A DNA stretch of 64,000 bases, taken from NCBI GenBank assembly GCA_027083345.1, contig JALWOZ010000008.1:5006-69005 (forward strand). Direction: 5' to 3'. Position 1 is the stretch's first letter; each line of letters begins with the position of its first letter. Made by a program: the position numbers and the translations under genes. This DNA is from Candidatus Kaiserbacteria bacterium (lineage in GTDB: Bacteria; Patescibacteriota; Minisyncoccia; Phycocordibacterales; UBA2100). The notes under the pieces were generated by a model. It saw nothing but the letters and a program-made list of their open reading frames with translations, was not told the origin of the DNA and did not search any database. Shown piece by piece: positions 48,796-58,832 of this stretch.

Positions 48796-49632
48796 GTCTG
48801 CTTGTGCACTCTTTATTAATAATTCTTTTATAAAACTTTCTTTATTGTCTATTAGACATCTAGATCTTGCATCAAGAATATTATATCCCAAATCAGTTAT
48901 CATTTGTAATAAACTTAGACTACTGCCCGGTACTTGACCTTCATATAAGACAGGGGAAAATTCAAATATAATAATTGGCATATCTCTTTTTATAATTTCT
49001 TGAGCTCCTTTAAACACTTCCACCTCGAATCCTTCTGTATCTATTTTTATTAAATCAACTTTCTCTTTTATAAACTCAAAATCTAATGTACTCACATTAA
49101 TGTCAATCGACTCATAACTATCATTATGCAATTTGATACTTGAAGCTCCTATATTACCTCTAACTAGATTAATTTTTGCTATTGCATTTTGAGCACCACA
49201 GGCCTTATTCCTAATCTCTATATTCTCAATATTATTGCGTTCTATACTTAAAGAAAATTGCTTATGTAAAAAATCAATAGGCTCAAAAGACACTACCTTC
49301 TCACATAATCTTGAAGCATATAAAGAGAAAAATCCTATATTAGCTCCAACATCAACAAAGACAGATTCTGAGGTAAGGTGCTCCTTTAAGAGCCTCAATA
49401 TATGCTCGTCCCAAGTGCCGTTTGTGTATATAAAGTCATCTACTAACCCGTTCTTATGTGAGAGCAGTATATCAAATTCTATACCATCAATGTTAATCTT
49501 CTTAAAACCCTCACTATACCCAATCTCCTCCGGTTTAACATTAAAATATTTAATAAACCTAAATATACTAATAACAAATCGTGATACAGGTACTGGCAAC
49601 AATAATAGTATCTTTATATATACATCTTTCAT
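48772..49632 (-). CDS. FkbM-family methyltransferase
   Basis: FVDVGANIG, FEP, LIKIDTEGFE. Confidence 0.92.
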   Translation of the reverse strand: MKDVYIKILLLLPVPVSRFVISIFRFIKYFNVKPEEIGYSEGFKKINIDGIEFDILLSHKNGLVDDFIYTNGTWDEHILRLLKEHLTSESVFVDVGANIGFFSLYASRLCEKVVSFEPIDFLHKQFSLSIERNNIENIEIRNKACGAQNAIAKINLVRGNIGASSIKLHNDSYESIDINVSTLDFEFIKEKVDLIKIDTEGFEVEVFKGAQEIIKRDMPIIIFEFSPVLYEGQVPGSSLSLLQMITDLGYNILDARSRCLIDNKESFIKELLIKSAQADLLCVPHG

Positions 49633-49653
49633 TCAGAGTAGTATACTTAAGAT

Positions 49654-50346
49654 ATGCAAAAGATACCAGAGACTATACATTATTGTTGGTTCGGCAAACA
49701 ACAAAAACCAAAAATATTCTTAAAGTGCCTGGCATCTTGGAACAAATACTGCCCACATTATAAGATCATAGAATGGAATGAGAGCAACTTTGACGTAAAT
49801 GCACACTCCTATACAAAAAAAGCATACAATGAGGGAAGGTGGGCCTTTGTCTCTGATTATGCAAGGATTAAAATCTTAAATACATATGGAGGCATATATT
49901 TAGATACCGATGTGGAACTTATAAAACCTGTAGATCCACTACTCTTAAGCGCCACTTTTTTAGGATTTGAAACTAAAACAATAGTAAACACAGCCATAGT
50001 AGGTGCTATAAAAGATAATGCTTTCTTAAAAGATATCTTACAAATATATGACAATCTTACAGAATTTGAGACTATACCAAATATAGTAACCAGAGTATTA
50101 AATACTTATGGATTAAAAGAATATAAAAAACAGATAATTAATAATGTATCTATTTATCCAACAGAATACTTCTACCCCACCCCATTTGGAGAAAGATTCT
50201 CAAAAGACAAAATTACCAAAAATACTTATACTATACATTGGTGGGATTACTCATGGGGCTCAACCACTTCCAGACTATTTAATAAATTGGGTATACTAAA
50301 CACTAGTATACAATTTAAAAAATATATCAAACATTTAATAAAATGA
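49654..50346 (+). CDS. GT32 (DXD) glycosyltransferase
   Basis: IPETIHYCWFG, WAFVSDYAR, GGIYLDTDV. Confidence 0.92.
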   Translation: MQKIPETIHYCWFGKQQKPKIFLKCLASWNKYCPHYKIIEWNESNFDVNAHSYTKKAYNEGRWAFVSDYARIKILNTYGGIYLDTDVELIKPVDPLLLSATFLGFETKTIVNTAIVGAIKDNAFLKDILQIYDNLTEFETIPNIVTRVLNTYGLKEYKKQIINNVSIYPTEYFYPTPFGERFSKDKITKNTYTIHWWDYSWGSTTSRLFNKLGILNTSIQFKKYIKHLIK

Positions 50347-51188
50347 GTAGAGAAAGCATAAAATTTAGTATAATCACGCCAACTTATAATAGGCTCGAGC
50401 TTATAAAACAAAGTATTGACTCTGTATTAGCGCAAACCTACTCAAACTGGGAGATGATTATCGTAGATGATAGCACTGATAATAAATTATATAATTCAGA
50501 TTGGATTAAAAATCTGGACGAAAGAATCATATATTTGAAAAATAAGCAAAATATGGGAGCCAATTATTCTCGCAATAGGGCGCTAGACAATATAAGCGGT
50601 GAATTTGTGATATTACTAGACGATGATGACAAACTAGACCCTAACTGCCTAAAACATGCATATGAGACCATATTAAAAAATAACAACTACTCTTGGTATT
50701 TATCTAACAAAATATATGAAGATGGAAAGTGTGTTACCTATGTAGAAAAATATGGCAGAGCTTATGCATATGTTTTAGATTACTTACTAGGTAGTAAGAT
50801 AGCAGGAGACCATACAGCGTGTATAAGAGCTAACTCTATAAAGAATATAAGATTCCCACATGACGTGAAAAATGGAGGAGAATGGGAATTTTTTGCTAAA
50901 TTAGGCAATAAGTATAAAATCTTTACTTACGACTTCCCCTCCACAACCGTGAGATATTTGGAAGATGGTCTAAGTAAGAATCTAAATACGAGCATCTTTC
51001 TACTCAAAACTAAACTGAGAATGCTCAAATTATTACCCAAAATAGAACCTAAAACCCCAATGCTATTTTTATACATAACCACTATATTATCTGTACCCCC
51101 TATAATATATCTATATGACTTAACAAAAAAGATACTGCACAAAACAAAGTTACTCCTACCTCTTAAAAAACTTCTTACCAGTAGATAA
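50343..51188 (+). CDS. GT2 glycosyltransferase
   Basis: SIITPTYNR, IIVDDS, SRNRAL, LLDDDD. Confidence 0.92.
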   Translation: MSRESIKFSIITPTYNRLELIKQSIDSVLAQTYSNWEMIIVDDSTDNKLYNSDWIKNLDERIIYLKNKQNMGANYSRNRALDNISGEFVILLDDDDKLDPNCLKHAYETILKNNNYSWYLSNKIYEDGKCVTYVEKYGRAYAYVLDYLLGSKIAGDHTACIRANSIKNIRFPHDVKNGGEWEFFAKLGNKYKIFTYDFPSTTVRYLEDGLSKNLNTSIFLLKTKLRMLKLLPKIEPKTPMLFLYITTILSVPPIIYLYDLTKKILHKTKLLLPLKKLLTSR

Positions 51189-52124
51189 AACTTTATTAGG
51201 ATCTTCTATGTCATTTAATAAATCTGGATACTTTACCTGAGCCTCTCTCCAACTTATTAAAAGAGGGTTATACAGATTATTTTTCACCTTTTGCGCTTGT
51301 TTTGAGGTTAAGCCCTCCAAAGAGCTTACGCCTCTATCAACCTTAACTCCTTTTAAATGATAAAATAACACCCCCAAAGACCTGCGAGTAAAGTACATAA
51401 GCAATGGCAAATGTAGAGACTCACAATTATTTCTATGTGTAAAATAAACTCCTCTAACTACAGGGAAGAAGCCACAATCATACCCTGCCGTAAACGGAGC
51501 TTTAGAATTAACAGTTAACTCACCTTCTGCAGAGGTAAACAAATTAACACCGTAGAAATATAGCATCTTCTTGTTCTTCCATCTCTTAACTCTCTCTACG
51601 GCATTATGAAATTTATCAGATATGGCTATATGATCCGCATCAATCTTAACAACTATCTTCTTTGAGGTCTTAGCCAAAGCATAATTATAATAGTTAACCA
51701 AACTATGTGGAGACCAAGACGGTGTTAAAAGGTGCTCTTTAGACAAAGCCGGATAAACTTTAGGTTTATATTCATATACATAAACCTTGTCTTTGTACTT
51801 ATTGGCCAATTCTTCTGCTATCTTAGGGGTAGAATCTTGACAATCATTATAAACTATAACCACCTCATCTAAATAATCTATATGCGACTCCACAGACAAT
51901 GCTAGTAGATCTGCCTCATTACGCACACGATACATCCCTGAGATACCTATACTCCTATCTTTTTTATATAAACTTCTCTTATTTATAACAAAATCTTTAT
52001 AATCAACTTTAACTTGTGTTTGCCTTATAAAAAATACTATGTTAACAGCTCTACTACAAAACTTATACACATTCTCAACTATCAATCGTATTGCAAAACG
52101 CGTTACTTCTATTAAAAATCTCAT
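51156..52124 (-). CDS. CgtA-like glycosyltransferase
   Basis: RVRNEA..SVES..YNDCQDST..YYNY..KIDADH. Start moved to ATG 52124. Confidence 0.75.
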   Translation of the reverse strand: MRFLIEVTRFAIRLIVENVYKFCSRAVNIVFFIRQTQVKVDYKDFVINKRSLYKKDRSIGISGMYRVRNEADLLALSVESHIDYLDEVVIVYNDCQDSTPKIAEELANKYKDKVYVYEYKPKVYPALSKEHLLTPSWSPHSLVNYYNYALAKTSKKIVVKIDADHIAISDKFHNAVERVKRWKNKKMLYFYGVNLFTSAEGELTVNSKAPFTAGYDCGFFPVVRGVYFTHRNNCESLHLPLLMYFTRRSLGVLFYHLKGVKVDRGVSSLEGLTSKQAQKVKNNLYNPLLISWREAQVKYPDLLNDIEDPNKVLSTGKKFFKR

Positions 52125-52145
52125 AATAAGAGTATAATGCAATAT

Positions 52146-53270
52146 ATGAGCAAAACAATTGTTATATCAGCTAATACCGCTTGGTTTTTATTACATTTTG
52201 AGAGAGAGTTAATAATCAATCTCATACAAGATGGATACAATATACATTGCATAAGTAAATACGATAAGACCACCTTCAGAAAACTCAACAAACTTGGTTG
52301 CACCTGCCACAAAATACACATAAACCGCAAAGGTATGAGCCCTATAGAAGAGACATATACTCTCTTGCAATATCTATTACTTTATATAAAAATACGCCCA
52401 AAAGTAATACTCAGCTTCACCATAAAACCAGTTATATATAGCGGTATTATAAGTAGAATATTAAAAATAAAGACTATTAATACTATAACAGGTCTTGGTA
52501 CAGCATTTATAAATGAAGGATTACAAAAGAAGATAGTCATAACACTTTATAAATCCGCATTAAAAAAAGCAGATAAAGTGCTTGTCTTAAACAATTACGA
52601 TAAAAAAATATTTATAAAATATAAGCTATGCAATAAAGAGATTCTAAATATTATACCTGGAGCTGGTGTAGATATAAATAAATTTAAATACTCTATAAAA
52701 CCACCAAGCAGTATAATTGACTTTGTATTCATAGGTAGGATACTAAAAGACAAAGGTATCTTAGAGTTTATAGAAGCCTCAAAGAAAATACTACTTAATT
52801 ATGAAAATATAAAGGTACAGATAGTGGGTCCAATAGATACAGATAATATATCCGCAATAAATACGGAAGAGCTTGAAAATCTAATAAAAGATACAAAAAT
52901 AAAATATCTGGGAGAATCAGCGGACATATACCCCATCTTAAAACAATCTGACTGCATCGTGCTCCCATCTTATAGAGAGGGTGTGCCCACGGTATTACTT
53001 GAGGCTATGGCTACAGGCAGACCAATTATAACCACGGATGCTCCAGGTTGTACAGAGCTAGTCATTAACAACAAAAACGGATACAAAGTCCCGATTAAAG
53101 ACCCAAAAGAACTCTCAAAAGCCATGACTAAAATAATCAACCTATCAAATGCTGAGAGGGTAACTATGGGCAAATTAAACAGAGAGATTATAAAGCAAAG
53201 ATACACCAAAGAGATGGTAGTAAACGAGTATAAAAGCTTATTAAGAACGCTTTATAAAAATCTTAAATAA
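52146..53270 (+). CDS. GT4 glycosyltransferase (PglA/WbpU-like)
   Basis: FTIKPVIY, TITGLG, PGAGVD, GRILKDKG, LPSYREGVPTVLLEAMA. Confidence 0.92.
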   Translation: MSKTIVISANTAWFLLHFERELIINLIQDGYNIHCISKYDKTTFRKLNKLGCTCHKIHINRKGMSPIEETYTLLQYLLLYIKIRPKVILSFTIKPVIYSGIISRILKIKTINTITGLGTAFINEGLQKKIVITLYKSALKKADKVLVLNNYDKKIFIKYKLCNKEILNIIPGAGVDINKFKYSIKPPSSIIDFVFIGRILKDKGILEFIEASKKILLNYENIKVQIVGPIDTDNISAINTEELENLIKDTKIKYLGESADIYPILKQSDCIVLPSYREGVPTVLLEAMATGRPIITTDAPGCTELVINNKNGYKVPIKDPKELSKAMTKIINLSNAERVTMGKLNREIIKQRYTKEMVVNEYKSLLRTLYKNLK

Positions 53271-54530
53271 TAGTAACTTTACAGTACGTATTATTATCTT
53301 TAACTCTAAAAATACAGACAAATTTTTAATATAATACAAATCATAAGCCAATCTCTCTCTACTTTCCTCTACACTTTGCGGTATGACCCCCTGACTAACT
53401 TGAGCCCACCCTGTAAGACCAGGTCTTACAATATATCTCGCATTATAATATCTAATCTTATCTGCCAACTCTCTACCAAGTTTAAACATATCTGGTCTGG
53501 GCCCTATCATAGATATATCTCCCTTTAAGACATTCCATAATTGTGGTAACTCGTCTATACGACTCCTGCGCAAAAAAGCACCAACTTTAGTTACGACAGA
53601 TGACTGATCTTTATGCCACTTACCATCATCGTCCAGAGTCATAGTCCTAAACTTGTATAACTTAAATATCTGCCTATTTTGCCCTAATCTCTCCTGTACT
53701 ACAAATACCTTACCTCCGTCTTGAAGTTTTATAGCTAAAGCAACAATTGGTAATAACAACAAATATATAGGCATAAGCAACAAAGACACGACTATATCTA
53801 GAATACGTTTAATTACTAAAAAGGTTCTAAGGTTTCTCTTTTGCAAGGCTTGCAATAACCATTCCTCATCTACATAATTAAGATTTACCCTACCTGTCCA
53901 CTCCTCATCTATTTTATTTTTATCTAAAAATACTATGCCGGAGAGCATTAGAGTGTGCAAACCTGGTAAAAGCCTAGAGAGTTGCGGACTCTTAAAATCT
54001 ATAATAACCCTATTGATGCCATTTTGGATATGAGCACTTGCAATAGAACTCAATATAAGGTTTGTGTCGCTGTTCACCGGTATTATACTAACAATATCAA
54101 ATCCTCTAGGTAAGGGCGGTGATCCCACCAATATAACAGGCAAAGATGCTACCCTTAAAATCTTATTTGTATAAAAATGACATAAAAATAATAAAGGGAA
54201 TAAAAAAGATACAAATAATACAAAAGTAATTTTAGGAGTTAGTCCAAATATTGGCAAGAAATAAAACAAAGAAATAGTTACAATCGTAAAGAAAAATAAA
54301 GTAGTGATCAACGAATTAAATACATTCTTAGCATTTGACCTAAAACCTTTACTATAAAATCCGGCCATATACAACAAAAAGCCCAGTATAAAAAACAATA
54401 AGGTAAACGATGGCAAATGCCTAAAATAAAACTCAATGTCTACAACACCTCCAACTCTTGTAGACAAAGCCAAAAACAAAGCCAAATAAAATACCACGAA
54501 ATCCGCAACAACCAAGACTATTGTATTCAT
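53241..54530 (-). CDS. Polyprenyl-phosphate initiating sugar transferase (WcaJ/WbaP-like)
   Basis: KRILDI, KFRTM, RIDELPQLWNVLKGDISMIGPRP, PGLTGWAQV, YDLYYI. Confidence 0.93.
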   Translation of the reverse strand: MNTIVLVVADFVVFYLALFLALSTRVGGVVDIEFYFRHLPSFTLLFFILGFLLYMAGFYSKGFRSNAKNVFNSLITTLFFFTIVTISLFYFLPIFGLTPKITFVLFVSFLFPLLFLCHFYTNKILRVASLPVILVGSPPLPRGFDIVSIIPVNSDTNLILSSIASAHIQNGINRVIIDFKSPQLSRLLPGLHTLMLSGIVFLDKNKIDEEWTGRVNLNYVDEEWLLQALQKRNLRTFLVIKRILDIVVSLLLMPIYLLLLPIVALAIKLQDGGKVFVVQERLGQNRQIFKLYKFRTMTLDDDGKWHKDQSSVVTKVGAFLRRSRIDELPQLWNVLKGDISMIGPRPDMFKLGRELADKIRYYNARYIVRPGLTGWAQVSQGVIPQSVEESRERLAYDLYYIKNLSVFLELKIIIRTVKLLLFKIFIKRS

Positions 54531-54542
54531 ATATTGTTAAGG

Positions 54543-55331
54543 TTAGAACAAAAGTATAGCAAAGGCAAGAGCAAAACAATATGGAGCAAAAATAACCCAC
54601 CTACCCTCTATAAGTTTAAGCATATACTTTATAGAAAATATTGAAGAAGCAAAGCTGGCTACAAAAGCCAATAGCAAAGTCGACACAAAAGTTGAGGAGT
54701 CAAGCATAACTGAGCCTATGGGTAGGTCTTTAATTGTTAATATAAAAGCTCCTAATATTGTAGGTATTGCAAGTAAGAAAGAGACTCTGGCTGACTCTCG
54801 ACGAGCTATACCCACAAGCACCAAAAATGCTATAGTAAGCCCAGACCTGGAGATACCCGGCACTACCGCAAGACCCTGTATCAAACCCAACAACACAACA
54901 ACTCCCCAAGTTAGATCTCGAGCTTTTTTAGGTAAATACTCTGAAAATAAGATTAGCAAGCCCGTTATTATAAGAGTATACGCAACCATATGTGGAGTTA
55001 AATCTGCAAAGGGTAAAACCTTCTCAGTTAATAAAGCCGTCGGTACAGTCAATACAGTTGCAACACCTAACTTTAAAGCCAAGTCTGCATCCTTATTCAA
55101 TTTACGCTCTACAGTTGCACTCCAGAGACCTACCAACAACTCAGATATATCTTTCCTAAAATAAATCAACACCGCCAACAAAGATGCAACATGCAATAAA
55201 ATAGCAAGCTCTATACCTCCTTTTATACCAAAATAACTATCTAATAAAAAAGTATGCCCCGAGCTAGATATGGGTAAAAACTCCGTAACCCCTTGCACTA
55301 CTCCCATTATTATACTTTCTAAAATATTCAT
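54543..55331 (-). CDS. uppP: Undecaprenyl-diphosphate phosphatase (BacA)
   Basis: QGVTEFLPISSSGH, PGISRSG, SFLLAIP. Confidence 0.96.
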   Translation of the reverse strand: MNILESIIMGVVQGVTEFLPISSSGHTFLLDSYFGIKGGIELAILLHVASLLAVLIYFRKDISELLVGLWSATVERKLNKDADLALKLGVATVLTVPTALLTEKVLPFADLTPHMVAYTLIITGLLILFSEYLPKKARDLTWGVVVLLGLIQGLAVVPGISRSGLTIAFLVLVGIARRESARVSFLLAIPTILGAFILTIKDLPIGSVMLDSSTFVSTLLLAFVASFASSIFSIKYMLKLIEGRWVIFAPYCFALAFAILLF

Positions 55332-55341
55332 ATCTAATTCT

Positions 55342-57255
55342 TTATTTTACTTTTATAAGTGCATACCCATAAGCATACGGGGTTCCAAATCTAGATTCAC
55401 CATCTTTAGTTGCTCTAATATTCGTCCAGCTAGGGTTTCTTATACTTAACTCTTGTAAAGATAACTTGACATCAACTTTCTCTCCTTTTAACTCAAACTC
55501 CATCCCATCTACAGGTACTTCTACCGAGGCGCCATTGTAATCATTTACTACTTTCTCGGGATTATTTATAATACTTTTATAAATATCTCTTAGAGAAAAC
55601 TCCTCTATAAAATCTGAACCTTTATATATCCTTAAGGCTTGATTTAGTGTACCCATAATAACTCTATAAGAGTTCTTTGATGTTATTACAGGGCTCTTGA
55701 TGCCAGACACCTCCAATTGCACGTAATAATCATATCCAGATACCGATATGACACCTCCTTTATTAAATACACTATGGTAAGACACGTAACCTTGATTTTG
55801 TAAGTCTACTGTACGTTGCTGTGGGCGCACCTTCAACCTATTAGTTAGCTCTCGCATCACATCCCAATAACCATACTCGTTTGTAGCAATTAGATAATCA
55901 TTGGTAAATATATTATTCATAGACCTACACCCATTGTGAGAACATAAATATCTTATAGAACTATAGATAGTGTCGCTTAATTTTGGATCTATGTCATCAT
56001 ACTTATTTAGTGGGTGTATAATACCCTCTTGATCTAAAATATTAGCCTCAATTAAACTAGATTTTAAGTGTGATAGTTGCCTATATTTTGGATAAGCATA
56101 TACAGACCATGGCCCTATAGATATCAGAATGGTAAACAATATAAGACTCATAGGTATGACTCCCAGATATTTATTTTTAGAGAATATGAAATGTAAAGTT
56201 ATAACTGTTAACCAAATACCAAATACAACTACTAAATACCTATTTATAGTAAGATCATATTGTACGATGCGTAGAGATATAGCATAAAATAACATTATAA
56301 CCTGAGGCAAAACCAAAAATGGGAAGTATTTGCGAAAAGTCTCAGCAAAAGCAAAATCTTTAACAAAGACAAATAAAGCACTGTACACGAAGTATCCAAA
56401 TATAGAGAACACTATAACCAGCCAAGCAACCTCTCCATGTGGCCACTGAGAGAAATTAAATAAGACCTTAAGGCTATATGCGTACAATATAATTAAATAT
56501 ACAGATATGGCTGGCAAAGCCACAAACCTAACTAAAAAAGAGTAAAACTTATTATCTGTAAGAGTTTGGCCTACTCTCTTATCTGTTACCAAAGGCAAAT
56601 TGGTAAGAAAAAATATGGGAGCAAATAATACTAAAGACACATTAACCCAATGACTATATACCTTATCAAAATGTATATCAAATAAAGTTAAGATGGAGAA
56701 AAGAGCTACAGAGCCCATCACCAATGTTACTATTCCTATAACAACAGATTTTATTATGTTTATACATAATTCATATGTAAGTACATAAAACTCATTTTGG
56801 TCAACTTTCCTCTCTATTATACTCTTTACAAAAGGTGCTATAAATATGGCGGAAGAAACTCCGATCATCGTAACAACTACATATACAAAATTCTCAGTAT
56901 AAAAATCAGTTAATAAGTTATCTTCAAAAAAATAGTAAAATACTCCTCCAAATATTATAGTCAACACTTGATTGCGCCATACTGTAAAACTACTTAGTCT
57001 ATATGTCTCTGCGTGCATATATACAGCAATAGATAATAAAAACATTACCACCAAAGTAACAATACTTTTACCTATTATGCTGGCTACATAAACACTCAGA
57101 TTGTCTGAGACTATAAGATAAACAAATGCTGTAAAAGCCATCAATACAAAAACAATAGACATTGGAACTCTCTCAAATGTCTTTCTTAAGGTCTCTATAA
57201 TTATATCTACACTAAACTTTGAGTTTATTTTTTTAAATATATTAAATTTATACAT
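55342..57255 (-). CDS. Polytopic membrane protein (DUF4153-like)
   Basis: About 12 TM; ILYAY..WP.G..; RIVQYDLTINRY; GPWS. Confidence 0.7.
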   Translation of the reverse strand: MYKFNIFKKINSKFSVDIIIETLRKTFERVPMSIVFVLMAFTAFVYLIVSDNLSVYVASIIGKSIVTLVVMFLLSIAVYMHAETYRLSSFTVWRNQVLTIIFGGVFYYFFEDNLLTDFYTENFVYVVVTMIGVSSAIFIAPFVKSIIERKVDQNEFYVLTYELCINIIKSVVIGIVTLVMGSVALFSILTLFDIHFDKVYSHWVNVSLVLFAPIFFLTNLPLVTDKRVGQTLTDNKFYSFLVRFVALPAISVYLIILYAYSLKVLFNFSQWPHGEVAWLVIVFSIFGYFVYSALFVFVKDFAFAETFRKYFPFLVLPQVIMLFYAISLRIVQYDLTINRYLVVVFGIWLTVITLHFIFSKNKYLGVIPMSLILFTILISIGPWSVYAYPKYRQLSHLKSSLIEANILDQEGIIHPLNKYDDIDPKLSDTIYSSIRYLCSHNGCRSMNNIFTNDYLIATNEYGYWDVMRELTNRLKVRPQQRTVDLQNQGYVSYHSVFNKGGVISVSGYDYYVQLEVSGIKSPVITSKNSYRVIMGTLNQALRIYKGSDFIEEFSLRDIYKSIINNPEKVVNDYNGASVEVPVDGMEFELKGEKVDVKLSLQELSIRNPSWTNIRATKDGESRFGTPYAYGYALIKVK

Positions 57256-57296
57256 AAGAAGTTTAAATTACAGTAAAGTATACTAAAATTAAGTAA

Positions 57297-57345
57297 ACTC
57301 AGCAAACAAAAACCGCACTCAATGTGCGGTTTTTGTTTGCTGAGT
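57297..57345. terminator. Terminator of the cohesin/dockerin operon (22-bp inverted repeat)
   Basis: actcagcaaacaaaaaccgcac-tcaat-gtgcggtttttgtttgctgagt. Confidence 0.85.
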
Positions 57346-57367
57346 CTTATGCGATCTATAAACCATA

Positions 57368-58162
57368 TTAGTTTGAGCCATCTTTCTTTCTCTTCCAAAT
57401 TAAGAAGAATCCAGTAAGAACGATAAAGATACCTAACCAGTAATACCACTTCATTCCTCCATTACTACTCTTAGGATTTGCTGCGGCCGCTAACTGATCT
57501 GTAGATGTGCTTGTAGTAGCTGTCTCCGTTGTGGTAGTAGCCTCAGCAGTTGTTGTAGCTATTGTTGTTGTAGTTTTGCTCAGGCTCTTTTTACCTGTTG
57601 TATTGCCCTTAGCTCCCGTAGTTGGAGTCTTTGGCAGAGAAGGTGGAGTTATAGTAGCATCTGACTTAGGTTGAGTCGTAGGCACCACAGGTGCCGGAGC
57701 GCTCACTGTAAACACTGCACTAGGAGATGTACCGGTCTTATCTGCGTTATTATTGTCCAACAATTTAGCACTTGAAGAGACAGATACAGTAGTTTGTCCA
57801 TCTGCCTTAGCTTTAAATGTGATTGTCGCAACCTTTGTAGATGCTGTAATGCCCGGATTAAAAGCTACATTATCTACAACCGTACCTGCGGTGTTATCTG
57901 TCTTGGATCCTACGTGAGCCAAGATATTACCACCTGAGGTGGGTGTGTAAGCAGTAACCTCTAACTTACTAGCTGGGAAATTGAGCATGACTTTAGTGGC
58001 AGTAATAGTCTCACCAGCTCCGGGATTAACATACACAGAAGTTGTTATAGTATCTCCTGTATGGTAGTTACCAACAGCAGGTACGAAGGTGAAGTTAGCA
58101 GCTTGAACACTCATCGGTGCAACTATTGCCAATGCTAAGGCTATAATAAATGTCTTTTTCAT
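57368..58162 (-). CDS. Cohesin-domain protein with Thr/Pro stalk and C-terminal TM anchor
   Basis: Signal peptide; GDTITTSVYVN..LNFPASKLEV..VATITFKAKADG cohesin pattern; T-rich linker; TM followed by KRKK. Confidence 0.78.
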   Translation of the reverse strand: MKKTFIIALALAIVAPMSVQAANFTFVPAVGNYHTGDTITTSVYVNPGAGETITATKVMLNFPASKLEVTAYTPTSGGNILAHVGSKTDNTAGTVVDNVAFNPGITASTKVATITFKAKADGQTTVSVSSSAKLLDNNNADKTGTSPSAVFTVSAPAPVVPTTQPKSDATITPPSLPKTPTTGAKGNTTGKKSLSKTTTTIATTTAEATTTTETATTSTSTDQLAAAANPKSSNGGMKWYYWLGIFIVLTGFFLIWKRKKDGSN

Positions 58163-58202
58163 AATTTTTCTTTAATTTTAATTAATCTTAATACTTTAAT
58201 AA

Positions 58203-58805
58203 TTATCCTGTCCATGTTGTAGACAAAGTATTAAGATCAAATATGTCTACTTTACCATCACAGTTGGTGTCTCCGGTACTGTCAGTAGCTGTTGAGCTAC
58301 CAAAGTTTGCAGATAATATATTAAGATCAAATATGTCTACTTTACCATCGTTGTTAAAGTCAGCATCAGATGTACAAGATGCAGGTGGCACAACACCTCC
58401 ACCACCACCTCCCCCACCACCACTGGCAGGAGCAGATCCTGAGTTTATAGTATAAGAGTAAGATGCCACACCAGACTCGGCTCCTCCAGGGTAACATGCT
58501 ATAGCCTTAAGAGTAAGTGATGCAGACACATTTACTGCTCCACTGTAGAGTGTGCCTGCTCCAGAACAACTTGGTGTTGAGCCATCAGTTGTGTAGTAGA
58601 TAGCTGTTGAGCCTGTGCTTGTGAGTGTTACGCTTTGCGCTCCGGTGTATGTCCCCGCCGGCGGGTTTGCCAACGGGTTGGACATTACCGTGCCTGTTAC
58701 ACCTGTTTGTACTCCCGTTGAGAGCGTACCGGTCTGCTCTGAGGCAAATACTGGTGTAGAAGTAATTGCGAGGAGCAGAAATGTTGTGAATATATATTTC
58801 TTCAT
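58203..58805 (-). CDS. Secreted Fn3-associated (CHB_HEX_C-like) plus dockerin protein
   Basis: P.A.PPAGTY..VTL..IYYTTDGSTP..LKAIA; Gly linker; DFNNDGKVDIFDLN and DTNCDGKVDIFDLN duplicated Ca-binding loops. Confidence 0.88.
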   Translation of the reverse strand: MKKYIFTTFLLLAITSTPVFASEQTGTLSTGVQTGVTGTVMSNPLANPPAGTYTGAQSVTLTSTGSTAIYYTTDGSTPSCSGAGTLYSGAVNVSASLTLKAIACYPGGAESGVASYSYTINSGSAPASGGGGGGGGGVVPPASCTSDADFNNDGKVDIFDLNILSANFGSSTATDSTGDTNCDGKVDIFDLNTLSTTWTG

Positions 58806-58832
58806 AATCTGTTTTTAATTATCTCCCCACTT

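Noticed and set aside
57615-57645. LPKTP/PTTG in the cohesin protein as a sortase signal
   Set aside because: It lies about 50 residues before the TM within the stalk and does not match the APYTG motif.
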